A program made the translations under genes and the position numbers. 64,000 nucleotides of DNA from an uncultured Nitrososphaerota archaeon (GTDB lineage: Archaea > Thermoproteota > Nitrososphaeria > Nitrososphaerales > CADDZS01), in contig CAWCYI010000006.1 in NCBI GenBank assembly GCA_963799845.1, positions 1,536,001-1,600,000 on the forward strand. Reading direction: 5' to 3'. The notes under the pieces are model-generated. The model ran no database searches. It saw nothing but the letters and a program-made list of their open reading frames with translations, and was not told the origin of the DNA. Below are positions 10,344-19,350 of the stretch, in pieces. Position 1 is the first letter of the stretch, and every line of letters begins with the position of its first letter.

Positions 10344-11462
10344 GTGCAAAGTCGCGTAATTTTTCACGTCGATGTGAATTCGTTCTATCCCTCGGTTGAG
10401 ATAAGACAGAACCCCGACCTTAGGGGCAAGCCTGTCATCGTCGGCGCAGATCCGAAGGAAGGCAAAGGACGCGGTGTTGTGGTTTCATGCTCGTACGAAG
10501 CGCGGAAGTCAGGAATACGTTCTGGGATGCCGATCTCTAGGGCCTATGCAATATTGCCGGATGCCGTCTACCTGCGGCCGAACTTCCCACTTTACTCGAA
10601 AGTATCCAAAAGGATAATGGATCTCCTTCGGTCATACGGAGACAAGTTCGAGCAGGTGAGCATCGATGAGGCTTTCCTTGACACAAGCGAGAGAGTCGGA
10701 GGGGATTACGGCCGGGCAAGAGAGCTCGCGGTTGCTATCAAGGCTGATCTTGAAGGCAAGGAGGGGCTTACAAGCTCCATCGGGGTTGCGCCGAACAAGT
10801 CCAGCGCGAAGATAGCTTCCGAGTTTCAAAAACCGGACGGGTTAACGGTAATTCGGCCCGATGAGCTTCGCAGTTTTCTTGCCCCGCTTAAAGTTTCAGC
10901 GATCAGTGGTGTAGGGAAAAAGACTGAGGAGTTTCTAGGTTCGATCGGAGTCAAGACGATAGGAGACCTGCAGAAAGTTCCCGGGAAAGAACTGGTCAAG
11001 TACTTTGGGAAGACGGGGGTATGGCTCTGGGGAGTTGCAAACGGTCTGGAGAGAATCGAGGTCAAGGAGAGACCTATGAGGTCTCTCAGCGCGGAGCATA
11101 CTTTCGAGAAAGATCTTTCAGATAAGGGGGAGGTTGTATCGAAATTGGAAGAACTCGGACAGCGACTCCACGGCCGGGTGCTGTCTGCAAACGTGGAATT
11201 CAGGGTCGTCGGAATCAAGGTCAGGTTTTCGCACTTTCAGACTTTTACGCGGGAAAACACACTCCAGTTTTACACGAACAAGCTTGAAGTAATCCGTCAA
11301 GAAGCGACGAATCTGTTCCGGGAGTTCGAAAATAACCCGCGAAAGGTCCGGCTGATCGGAGTTTTCGTCGCCGATTTCAACAAGGACCACGGAGAGCAGG
11401 AAGACGATCGCAGCTCACTCGAATCGTGGGTTCCGTCGGAAGAACTCAGGTCGTCTCAATGA
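10344..11462 (+). CDS. dinB: Y-family DNA polymerase IV (DinB/Dbh)
   Basis: HVDVNSFY, SYEAR, SIDEAFLD, KPDG, GVGKKT. Confidence 0.95.
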   Translation: MQSRVIFHVDVNSFYPSVEIRQNPDLRGKPVIVGADPKEGKGRGVVVSCSYEARKSGIRSGMPISRAYAILPDAVYLRPNFPLYSKVSKRIMDLLRSYGDKFEQVSIDEAFLDTSERVGGDYGRARELAVAIKADLEGKEGLTSSIGVAPNKSSAKIASEFQKPDGLTVIRPDELRSFLAPLKVSAISGVGKKTEEFLGSIGVKTIGDLQKVPGKELVKYFGKTGVWLWGVANGLERIEVKERPMRSLSAEHTFEKDLSDKGEVVSKLEELGQRLHGRVLSANVEFRVVGIKVRFSHFQTFTRENTLQFYTNKLEVIRQEATNLFREFENNPRKVRLIGVFVADFNKDHGEQEDDRSSLESWVPSEELRSSQ

Positions 11463-11499
11463 TGATGGTCGCGCTGGGAGTTACAGTTTATGATAGAGG

Positions 11500-11874
11500 C
11501 TAGTCTGCGTTTTCCAATAGGGAAATTTTATGCATCGCCGCTTTGATTATCGCAACGAGACTTCCGGATTCGAGGATGTCGAGCTCGAACCGCTTCTTGA
11601 TCTCCTGGGTGATTGCCCGCTCGATGGCCCATGCTCCAATGCCGAAGGTGGCTTCGATCGATTTGAGAAAGCCTTCCGGATCCCTCAAAATTCCCTTGTC
11701 GCTCGTTCCGTTTTCCTTCATCTTGCTGATCAGCAGCATCCTCCAGTAGATCTTCCTCTCACCGTCCCGTCCCAAAACTCCCAACCCCTCATCAATACAC
11801 TCGATGAGAGCCATCTCGTCCAGACTGTTCACTATGGAACGAGGTTTCGGTTTGATTTTGGAATCTGGACTCAA
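11500..11874 (-). CDS. Small helical hypothetical protein, paralogous in pattern to 47444-47818
   Basis: 'IDEGLGVLG...PEGFLKSIEATFG' vs 'SIEAVLG...PELLVKALENLLG'. Confidence 0.6.
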   Translation of the reverse strand: MSPDSKIKPKPRSIVNSLDEMALIECIDEGLGVLGRDGERKIYWRMLLISKMKENGTSDKGILRDPEGFLKSIEATFGIGAWAIERAITQEIKKRFELDILESGSLVAIIKAAMHKISLLENAD

Positions 11875-11954
11875 GTAATTGCAAACGCTCGTTTAGGGTA
11901 ACGGCTAATGGTTTGAAATATCCCGCTCATGCCGTTTATTGCCTTAGGGAGTGA

Positions 11955-12150
11955 TAATCTATGTTAGGAATCCGGGTTCTGTCCAGTCTTCGTCGTGTGG
12001 ATAAGAAGCTGCGCCAATGACTTATCCCCGCGATTACGACATAACTTGGAAGCATCAACTTTCAGGAGTACTCCGTCTTTACAAGGTTCCTGTACCATCG
12101 CTTCACCTGCTTCCCCTTTCTTAGACTGGAGGAACCTCAGCCAGCCTCTG
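11955..12150 (-). ncRNA. Predicted omegaRNA (reRNA) scaffold plus guide, overlapping the tnpB 3' end
   Basis: TnpB guide RNAs are known to overlap the gene 3' end/right end; hairpins GGATAAG..CTTATCC; segment conserved in a second copy at 17271-17461. Boundaries approximate. Confidence 0.6.
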
Positions 12151-13232
12151 TGAGAAATGTTCATGACAGCGGCGACATCTCTATCCCACCATCTCCCACA
12201 CCTTACACACCAGAGCTTACTTCTGTGTACTCTACTGAATCTGTCCTCTTGGAGTCTCTCCCCGCATATTGGACAGAGTTTAGAAGTACCTCTGGTCTCT
12301 GCTTTAGTTAACTGAATTACTGGAACTCCTTCCCATGCAGCCATGTATTCTATTTGTCTTTTGATCTCGTTCCATGGTACCGAATTCATCCTCGCGCGAA
12401 AGTTCTTACCTTGATAATTCCCTTTTCTGTACAGGTTACGCAGTCCATCAATTTGTTCAAATACGATCGCTCCTCGGCCTTCCTTGGCTAGATCTACGAC
12501 ATTCTTCGAAACTTTGTGAAGAATCTGATTTACTCTTTCAGATCTCCGCCTTCCGTATTTTATTGTCAAGATTCTTCGTATTCTGTCATCGTTTCGCTTG
12601 AACGACCTCAACACATCTCTTGTCGATTTTGCAATTTCCTCGACTTTCTTCATGTCGAATAGTACCACTTTATCTGCATTCCCGCAGGTAACATTCGATG
12701 CGTTTCTGTCAATGCCGAAGAAACATTCAGGTTTGAAAGACGCAACAACCTTTCTGAGGGAAAACGAAAGACTGGTGGGAGTCAATGTGAACGACCTCAC
12801 TTCAATTCTTTCCTTTTCGATTGTCTGGATTGTGTGGTTCGTGAGTGGAATTCTTACGATCTTATCTTTCTTGGATATTCGAAAACAAAGGGATTGATCT
12901 TTGATCTTGAACTGAGAGCACGACACCAAAAGCGGTTTCTTGAGACGTGGGTCCTTTGACGTTATTCCCCTCCGTTCTGACTTCTTTCTCGACGAGAGAA
13001 TACCTGCAGCTTTTGAAATTGCGGTCAACCGGTAATAGGATAGAACGTGGAAATACTTCTGCTTCATGTTGGAGTAAGCAAGCAAAGATAGTCTCTTTAA
13101 CGAGGAAACATTTGTTTCGAGTCCAATCCTGATACAATCATTTACCATAGACCTGAATTCATTCATCAGTTCCAGTAACTGCGGAGATGGACTGGCAAGT
13201 GACTGTCTTACTGACTTCAGGGCGAAGACCAT
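11964..13232 (-). CDS. tnpB: TnpB/Cas12f-like RNA-guided endonuclease
   Basis: RuvC-I GIDRN, RuvC-II IVFEQI, zinc finger CPICG...CVRCG, RuvC-III DRDVAAVMNI; catalytic D/E/D intact. Confidence 0.95.
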   Translation of the reverse strand: MVFALKSVRQSLASPSPQLLELMNEFRSMVNDCIRIGLETNVSSLKRLSLLAYSNMKQKYFHVLSYYRLTAISKAAGILSSRKKSERRGITSKDPRLKKPLLVSCSQFKIKDQSLCFRISKKDKIVRIPLTNHTIQTIEKERIEVRSFTLTPTSLSFSLRKVVASFKPECFFGIDRNASNVTCGNADKVVLFDMKKVEEIAKSTRDVLRSFKRNDDRIRRILTIKYGRRRSERVNQILHKVSKNVVDLAKEGRGAIVFEQIDGLRNLYRKGNYQGKNFRARMNSVPWNEIKRQIEYMAAWEGVPVIQLTKAETRGTSKLCPICGERLQEDRFSRVHRSKLWCVRCGRWWDRDVAAVMNISHRGWLRFLQSKKGEAGEAMVQEPCKDGVLLKVDASKLCRNRGDKSLAQLLIHTTKTGQNPDS

Positions 13233-13399
13233 CTTCTTGAGACTTCCGCTAGAGAGATCGACGAACAGCTAGGGGTGCAATAAAATTCGAGCGTTTGATG
13301 AAACTACACCATGGGTAAAGAATAAGCCATGATCCCCTTGGAAATTGGTAAGAAGCTTCAATTCGTTACTCATCTCAAAACCGACAAAGACTGGACAGA
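11975..13399 (-). mobile_element. Non-autonomous tnpB element bounded by TIRs and an 8-9 bp direct repeat
   Basis: TCTGTCCAGTCTTCGTCG (11978-11995) is inverted at 13382-13399 (17/18 match); GGAATCCG flanks both ends (11967-11974, 13400-13407). Confidence 0.75.
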
Positions 13400-13584
13400 G
13401 GAATCCGCAAGAATCTCTCGATACTTTCGTAGACAAGCAAAACTGAATTTTTCAAAATGAGTAAAAGAAATCTGCGTATATGAAACGAAAGAAATTTCGG
13501 AAAGTTTGACGATAAACAGAAGAATGTTCTATTGAATTCAGACAGGAACTGTCTCTTTCGAAGGATGATTTTTAGATCAAAGGC

Positions 13585-13845
13585 TTACGGGTAGAGGGAG
13601 TAGCTCTTTATTTCTTCTCTAACATTTTCCAACTCTTTCTCAGTGAAAGGATTGTATTTCCTTCGGGCGGGCTGTCCATTTTCCAGTTGAGAAACGAATT
13701 CGTCGAGCATGTATGAGATGTAGGAATCCATCGAATCCTTCTGGCCGTAAGGAGCGATATTTCGAATTCTAGCCGCCAGCGTCTTCGGAATCCTTACTTC
13801 CTGCAAGTTTTCGATGACTTTTTGAGACGACAACGTTTCTCGCAA
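13585..13845 (-). CDS. CopG/RHH-like small regulator
   Basis: 'VRIPKTLAARI...SMDSYISYML...FTEKELENVRE'; resembles 16905-17141. Confidence 0.65.
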   Translation of the reverse strand: MRETLSSQKVIENLQEVRIPKTLAARIRNIAPYGQKDSMDSYISYMLDEFVSQLENGQPARRKYNPFTEKELENVREEIKSYSLYP

Positions 13846-14000
13846 GAAGGCAGTATGTCAAATTCTGATTTAACCCCTAGGTAGATGCAGTACGGAGCAC
13901 GGATCCATGTTTTCTCGAGTCATTTGGTATAAGTGAATTCGATCGAAACTCGATCGTAATCCACACCTATACGCGACAGTGAGAAAAAGGCTTTGAGGAC

Positions 14001-15671
14001 CTATATCCTCATCTTGCCAGATCGGAGAACTCTTTGGGTAATCTCGCGGATGCTGGTTGCCTTGCTCTCGTCGTAGAACTGAACCTTCCGAGCTGAAAAC
14101 TCGCTTGCTGGGTCGAATACCTCTGCCAATACTTTGCCATCCATGTCGGTTGGCACGTTCAACCCCAGCATGTGGAGGATCGTCGGAGCGAGGTCGATCA
14201 GATTCATGTTCATGTAGATTTTGTGAGTAATGTCCGGCCCGGCTCCCATGAACACTCCCTCCATCCTGTGCGCACCGGTGTAGATCGGATTTGGGGCGAT
14301 CAGCTTTCTGCTTCCGAATTCAAAGACACGTAGCGGATAATTCAGCCAGGTGCTGTCGAAGTAAATGATGTCAGGCGCAGTGTCGTAGAATTGTCCTGAG
14401 TAGATACGATCCTTCGTGTAAATGAGGTCGAATAGAGAGCGGCCTGTCTTTGGATCGTGGACCTGCTTTAGTTTGACGATGAGCTCCGCGATCAAAGATT
14501 CATAGTCATCGCCCCTCTCGACCCTGCCGTTCGGCTCGCGTCCCTTGAGGTTCGCGTAGATTGGACCGTAATTTCCCGAGGCGTAAGCGAGAGTTTCGTC
14601 CCAGTCGATGTCGTCGGTTGAGAGGGTCAATTTCTTCGCAAAAGCTACCTTCTTTGAATCCTTGGAATAGGTGTTGGTCTTGGTATCGACGATGTGCAAT
14701 TTCTTGACCGTGTTGAAGAGGAACTCGCTCGTCACACCCATGTCGAAAAGTCCCTTCCTGAATCTTGTGCCAGTGGTGCGCTTCAGCTTGAGATAATTGT
14801 TGTCGATCAACCAGTTGTTCATGTAGACTGCATAGTAGACTGGACCGAATCCGTGATCTGAGATGACGAAAATGTTGTCCTTTGGATCGAGAACCTTGAG
14901 CAGTTCTCCTACATTTTGGTCGAGTTGCTCGTAGACTCCGTACAGGAGGGGGCCGTAAATTTTCGCCTTCTCCGCGTCATACTTCGGGTGGTTCGGATCG
15001 ATGTGATGCCAGAAAAAGTGGCTCACGACATCAGTCGCGTCGAAAACTGAAATAACGAGATTCCATGCTTCTTCTTTTTTCTTCAGATAGTATTTCAGAA
15101 TCTCAGTTTGATTTTTCGAAATCTCGTTGACCTCGGCTGCGATCCTTTTCTCGTCGCCCTCCTTCAAAAACTGTGGATTTGGTTTGAGGATCGTCGAAAT
15201 ACCTAATTCATTCTTGATCTCGTCTATAACTTCTCTGGGCCACGCAAAATCCCTTCTCGACTCTGGATATGGAAAACCCGAGATCATAACACCATTGACT
15301 TTTTCCGGTGGATAGGTAAGAGGCACGTTTACGATCAGGCATCTCTTCCCCGCTTCTGAAGCGTATTCCCAGATCGCCTTCGCTCCCCTGTCAAGAGATG
15401 TAACCGGGGCATAGTTGTACGTGCCATCTACTCGCTTCGAGAAATCATACATCCCATGCTTTGCCGGATTGCGACCGCAAGCAAACGAGCTCCAAGCAAC
15501 GGAAGACAGAGGAAGTATTGTCGAAATCAGATTACCGGAGCTGCCGCGATCAACCAATCGCGAGAAATTTTTAAGCCGACCCTCGGCAATCATTGGTCTA
15601 ATAATATCAAATGTTGCGCCGTCGAGACCAAGTACGACGACTTTCTTATCAGGATCACTGGTACTAATCAT
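14001..15671 (-). CDS. Alkaline phosphatase superfamily, type I phosphodiesterase/nucleotide pyrophosphatase (COG3379-like)
   Basis: VVVLGLDGAT, 'STILPLSSVAWSSF', SDHGF, 'GAHRMEG', DLAPTIL, MDG. Confidence 0.9.
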   Translation of the reverse strand: MISTSDPDKKVVVLGLDGATFDIIRPMIAEGRLKNFSRLVDRGSSGNLISTILPLSSVAWSSFACGRNPAKHGMYDFSKRVDGTYNYAPVTSLDRGAKAIWEYASEAGKRCLIVNVPLTYPPEKVNGVMISGFPYPESRRDFAWPREVIDEIKNELGISTILKPNPQFLKEGDEKRIAAEVNEISKNQTEILKYYLKKKEEAWNLVISVFDATDVVSHFFWHHIDPNHPKYDAEKAKIYGPLLYGVYEQLDQNVGELLKVLDPKDNIFVISDHGFGPVYYAVYMNNWLIDNNYLKLKRTTGTRFRKGLFDMGVTSEFLFNTVKKLHIVDTKTNTYSKDSKKVAFAKKLTLSTDDIDWDETLAYASGNYGPIYANLKGREPNGRVERGDDYESLIAELIVKLKQVHDPKTGRSLFDLIYTKDRIYSGQFYDTAPDIIYFDSTWLNYPLRVFEFGSRKLIAPNPIYTGAHRMEGVFMGAGPDITHKIYMNMNLIDLAPTILHMLGLNVPTDMDGKVLAEVFDPASEFSARKVQFYDESKATSIREITQRVLRSGKMRI

Positions 15672-15993
15672 TGGTGTAGATTAGAGATCCGTCAATCTAT
15701 ATAAAAAAACCTTCCGTGGATTTACGAAAAGATTAGTATCGAAAATCGATACATCATTCGTGAATAAGCTTTGATAAATGTGTTTAGGGCGCTCAACGTG
15801 ATCAATTGATTTTGACCTAGAAAATGAATTTCCTTGTCTCTTTTGAACAAGTCATTCGTTTTGCAGAATATTCTTCGAGAACATGTTTTACGGAAGCGAA
15901 CCAAATTCATAAATCCCTTATATTGATCAAGTCGTCTGAATCCCTATTAATGGGGTTATCCGATCTTCCAGCGATTTTTGGCGAAATAAAATA

Positions 15994-16887
15994 ATGTTTG
16001 TTATTCCGTACTTGGTAGTTGTCTTGGGGATATTCATCCTGGGAGTGATCACTGGTGGTTTATCTAACGTGACCAGCGGTGGCGCAGGTGTCCTCACAAT
16101 CTACGTCCTCGTAAATTTCGCCAGCATTGAGCTGCAGAGCGCGACCGGCACGGTTCTTGCGGCGTCTGCAGTCTTCGTATTAATCGGCGTTGTCACTTTT
16201 TTCAGAAGAGGTCAGGTAGATACCCGGCTCGGCATCACTGTAGGACTGTCCGGCGTAGTGGGCGCCTTTTTTGCGGCAAGATGGGCATCGACAATAGATT
16301 CAGCTTCACTTGAACACATTTTTGGAGCGTTTACTCTCGCGCTGGCGTTTTTCACCTCTTACCTCTTCTTATCAGACTGGAAGAAAAGCAAGGCTATCAA
16401 AGTTGGCAACTCGGCCCCGAAAATCGCCCAAACTGCGGATGTGAAACTGCCAGTTCAGCTCCAGATGCAACAACCGGTCTCACGGTTCTCGGGAACCAGC
16501 CCGATGGCTCTGAGCGTCCAGATCGTAAAGGGAGTCCTGATAGGGATCGCCACCGGCCTCTTCGGCGTCGGACTGGCCAGCCTCAGCGTAGTCCTCTTCC
16601 TGCTGTTGTTCAAGCTGGATACGAAGATGGTTTTGGGAACTAGTCTTTTTGCGTCATTTTTCAGGTACGCTGGAGGTTCGCTCGGGTACCTCTCCACGGG
16701 ACAGATTGATACTTTTTACTTCCTGATACTCGTGGTGGGAGGTGGAATTGGGAGTGTTATCGGCGCGAGGATGGTACTTGGAACTGGAATCGCGTCAAAA
16801 GACATTCTGATAAAGATGGTTCAGGTCGCTATCCTGATTTTCATCAGCTACGAATTTCTGCTAAAATACCTTATCTTCGGACATTAA
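15994..16887 (+). CDS. Sulfite exporter TauE/SafE family membrane protein
   Basis: Two repeated TM halves with 'GGAGV', 'ATGT', 'GLFGVG', 'LGTSL' motifs. Confidence 0.85.
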   Translation: MFVIPYLVVVLGIFILGVITGGLSNVTSGGAGVLTIYVLVNFASIELQSATGTVLAASAVFVLIGVVTFFRRGQVDTRLGITVGLSGVVGAFFAARWASTIDSASLEHIFGAFTLALAFFTSYLFLSDWKKSKAIKVGNSAPKIAQTADVKLPVQLQMQQPVSRFSGTSPMALSVQIVKGVLIGIATGLFGVGLASLSVVLFLLLFKLDTKMVLGTSLFASFFRYAGGSLGYLSTGQIDTFYFLILVVGGGIGSVIGARMVLGTGIASKDILIKMVQVAILIFISYEFLLKYLIFGH

Positions 16888-16904
16888 ATTTAGAGCGCTT
16901 CTGA

Positions 16905-17141
16905 TCACATGTAGCCCAGAGACCTCAGGTGTTCCTCGACGTCTCCCTGCTCCTTCGCAGAAAAGACTTCCTCGGTCTTGGGTTTCGTACCTTCGATTTC
17001 GTCAAGCATTTCAGTCAAAACGTACACCACGTAATCGTCCATACTCTTGAAATCGCTTTTCTGTAGACGGCGACGAATCCTCTCCGCGAGCTCTTTCGGA
17101 AGATGTACCGTTGTTGTGTCGATTTCGGAATTGTTATCCAA
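16905..17141 (-). CDS. CopG/RHH regulator with C-terminal LRSLGY motif (probable TTG start)
   Basis: 'TVHLPKELAERI...FKSMDDYVVYVL...VEEHLRSLGYM'. Confidence 0.8.
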   Translation of the reverse strand: MDNNSEIDTTTVHLPKELAERIRRRLQKSDFKSMDDYVVYVLTEMLDEIEGTKPKTEEVFSAKEQGDVEEHLRSLGYM

Positions 17142-17268
17142 TACTAGACTACAGCCCGAAGCAAGGATGTATTTTTGTCGATTAGATATATGAATCTGCC
17201 GTGGTCGGTTTTTGTAATCGAGATTCAATTTATTCTTGAATGCGATACTGGATATTCGAAAGTCGATA

Positions 17269-17461
17269 TATTCCGTCGAGTATTCGTCGGTTGGATAAGA
17301 AGTCGTGTCAGCTACTTATTCCCCTGATGGCTAGTGAACTTGGAAGCATCGACTTCCAAGATGAGAGGTGGATCATCTGTATGTCGTCGTTCCAGGATCA
17401 TCGTTTCACCTGTGCCCCTCTTAGACTGGTCGAAGCTCGGCCAGCCTTTGTGAACACGTTT
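17269..17461 (-). mobile_element. Remnant of a second tnpB-element 3' end (orphan omegaRNA-like locus)
   Basis: Colinear similarity to 11977-12160: TGGATAAGAAG, AACTTGGAAGCATC, TTCACCTG, CTTAGACTGG, GCCAGCCT; degenerate TIR TTCCGTCGAGTATTCGTCG. Confidence 0.8.
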
Positions 17462-17629
17462 CGGCTATCAATCTAGGAATATGGAAAGTAAAGGCCTGTG
17501 GCTGTCCTGTAAGTTCGAAGAAGAAAAATTTCCGACTATAGAAATTCAGGCCATCGTAGATGAAACACGCACGTTTTCCATTGTTGACAAAAAAATGGTT
17601 AAATAATTCAGATTCTCGGTTCTCCTGAC

Positions 17630-19008
17630 GTGCAAAGGATTGGGCACACCACTAGATTAGTGGTGATAGTTACTTTGATTTTGATGTTCGTCGTTCCATC
17701 GCTAATGGCGTTCTCGATAACACCTGTAGCCAGCTTCGCGTATTCGCCAGCTACGGCTTCGCAGTCTGAATCAGTTACCAATGGTACCAGTTCTTCAGGG
17801 CACGGCGCGCACCCACAATCGCATCCGATGATCCGTGTATCGCAATCAACCGGAGAATCATCAAACTGGGCTGGATACGTCGTAGCTACAAGTCTATCTT
17901 CGCCCCAGCCGGGCGTGACAGCCGTGTACGGTACCTGGGTTGTTCAAACCGTTACAAAAAGCAATCCGACAACTTACTCTTCGCAGTGGATCGGAATCGG
18001 GGGAGCCTTTGACAGCACTCTGGTTCAAACCGGCACGGAATCTGATGCGACTTCAACTACTACTTCTTACAATGCTTGGTACGAGATCCTTCCTAATTCG
18101 GAGACTTCGCTGTTCACGGTTTCATCCGGCGATGTTATGACGGCAAGCGTAGTCTGTACCAGTTCTCCCTGTAGCACATCCTCATCTCATCATCAATCAA
18201 AACAATCATGGACGATAACGATAACAGACCTTACCTCCGCCAAGTCCTCCGTCATCAAACTGAGCTACGCTTCGAGTCTAAAATCGGCGGAGTGGATTGA
18301 GGAAAGACCGACGGTGGGAGGCCGAGCTGAGCACGCTCGCGAACTTTGGAACTGCGGACTATGGTTTGTTCTATGCCCCGAGTGCAAGAACCAGTGATCT
18401 TGCGAGAATCGCCGGGTCGACCGGACCAATCGGCTCTTTTCAATGGGATGCAATCACGATGGTTGGAAGCAGCGGGACGCTAGCGTCTCCTCAGCCGCTT
18501 TACACTGACAAAGCAAGTTTTCAAGTACCTGTACGAAGGCCCGAGCACCACACCGGTTACACCATCGTACTACTTCTCACCGACTAGCGCAGACACAACT
18601 TGGATCTCGGGCTGTGCGTCCTCCCCATCAAGTACGTATGGAGTGTTTAACCCATGCACTGATGCAGGCTCGGGAGATAACCAGGTCGTGGGTCAACTGC
18701 TCACTGCTCCGAGCTACAGCAGTTCCACTATAGTCATCTCCGGCTCGACATCCTCTGATCCCTATACGCGCGATCTGTACGTCTCGGTGCAGAGTCCAAC
18801 GGGATGGGTCTCTCTTACACCATCGGCAATAGTGGTTAGCGGAAGCTTCAGCGAAGACCTCACTGTGCCCGCAGGAGCTCTTCCGACGACGACTTGCGCG
18901 GTTGGTTCAACCAGCTGTTCGTACGTCGTGGAGTTCGAGTTGACAACCTTCGTTACGTCGACATTGCACGATTCGTGGAGCGTCGTTCTCGGAATTGCCG
19001 GATCCTAG
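17630..19008 (+). CDS. Secreted glutamic peptidase (family G1/eqolisin) with C-terminal extension; split by frameshifts
   Basis: Signal peptide, SSNWAGY, QWIGIGG, LVQTGT, AWYE, SAEWIEERP; continues in ORFs 18297-18587 and 18643-19008. Confidence 0.8.
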
Positions 19009-19014
19009 TTTGGA

Positions 19015-19350
19015 TTAAGAGACTGGCGGGCTAGCATTCGGACGTATCAAATTTTTTTGATGCGAATAAAGCTCACCTAGATCAAGAATTTCAATGGCGA
19101 CTATGCCGCTATTATCACGATGTACTACTACGAGACCATCATCGGTGAGCTCCCCTTCGGTGTGGAACGCCTCCTTGAAGCGAATGTAGAGGTCTCCTTC
19201 TTTGACATCATAATCTGCCATGACAACCTTCGATGGAATAGAAAGATGATACTTTCGGGCAACCTTTCTTATTATTTCTCTCAGATCTACGTCTAAGAGA
19301 GTTCTAGCCTTTTGAATCTCCGATACCTCCTTATGTGACTTATCAGCCAA
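19015..19350 (-). CDS. DUF2283-like small protein
   Basis: 'DYDVKEGDLYIRF...DDGLVV...IVAIEILD'; TTG start overlapping upstream stop. Confidence 0.6.
   Translation of the reverse strand: MADKSHKEVSEIQKARTLLDVDLREIIRKVARKYHLSIPSKVVMADYDVKEGDLYIRFKEAFHTEGELTDDGLVVVHRDNSGIVAIEILDLGELYSHQKNLIRPNASPPVS

Noticed and set aside
11875-13600. CRISPR array adjacent to the Cas12f-like tnpB
   Set aside because: No regularly spaced repeat-spacer units near the gene or elsewhere in the window; no cas1/cas2/cas4
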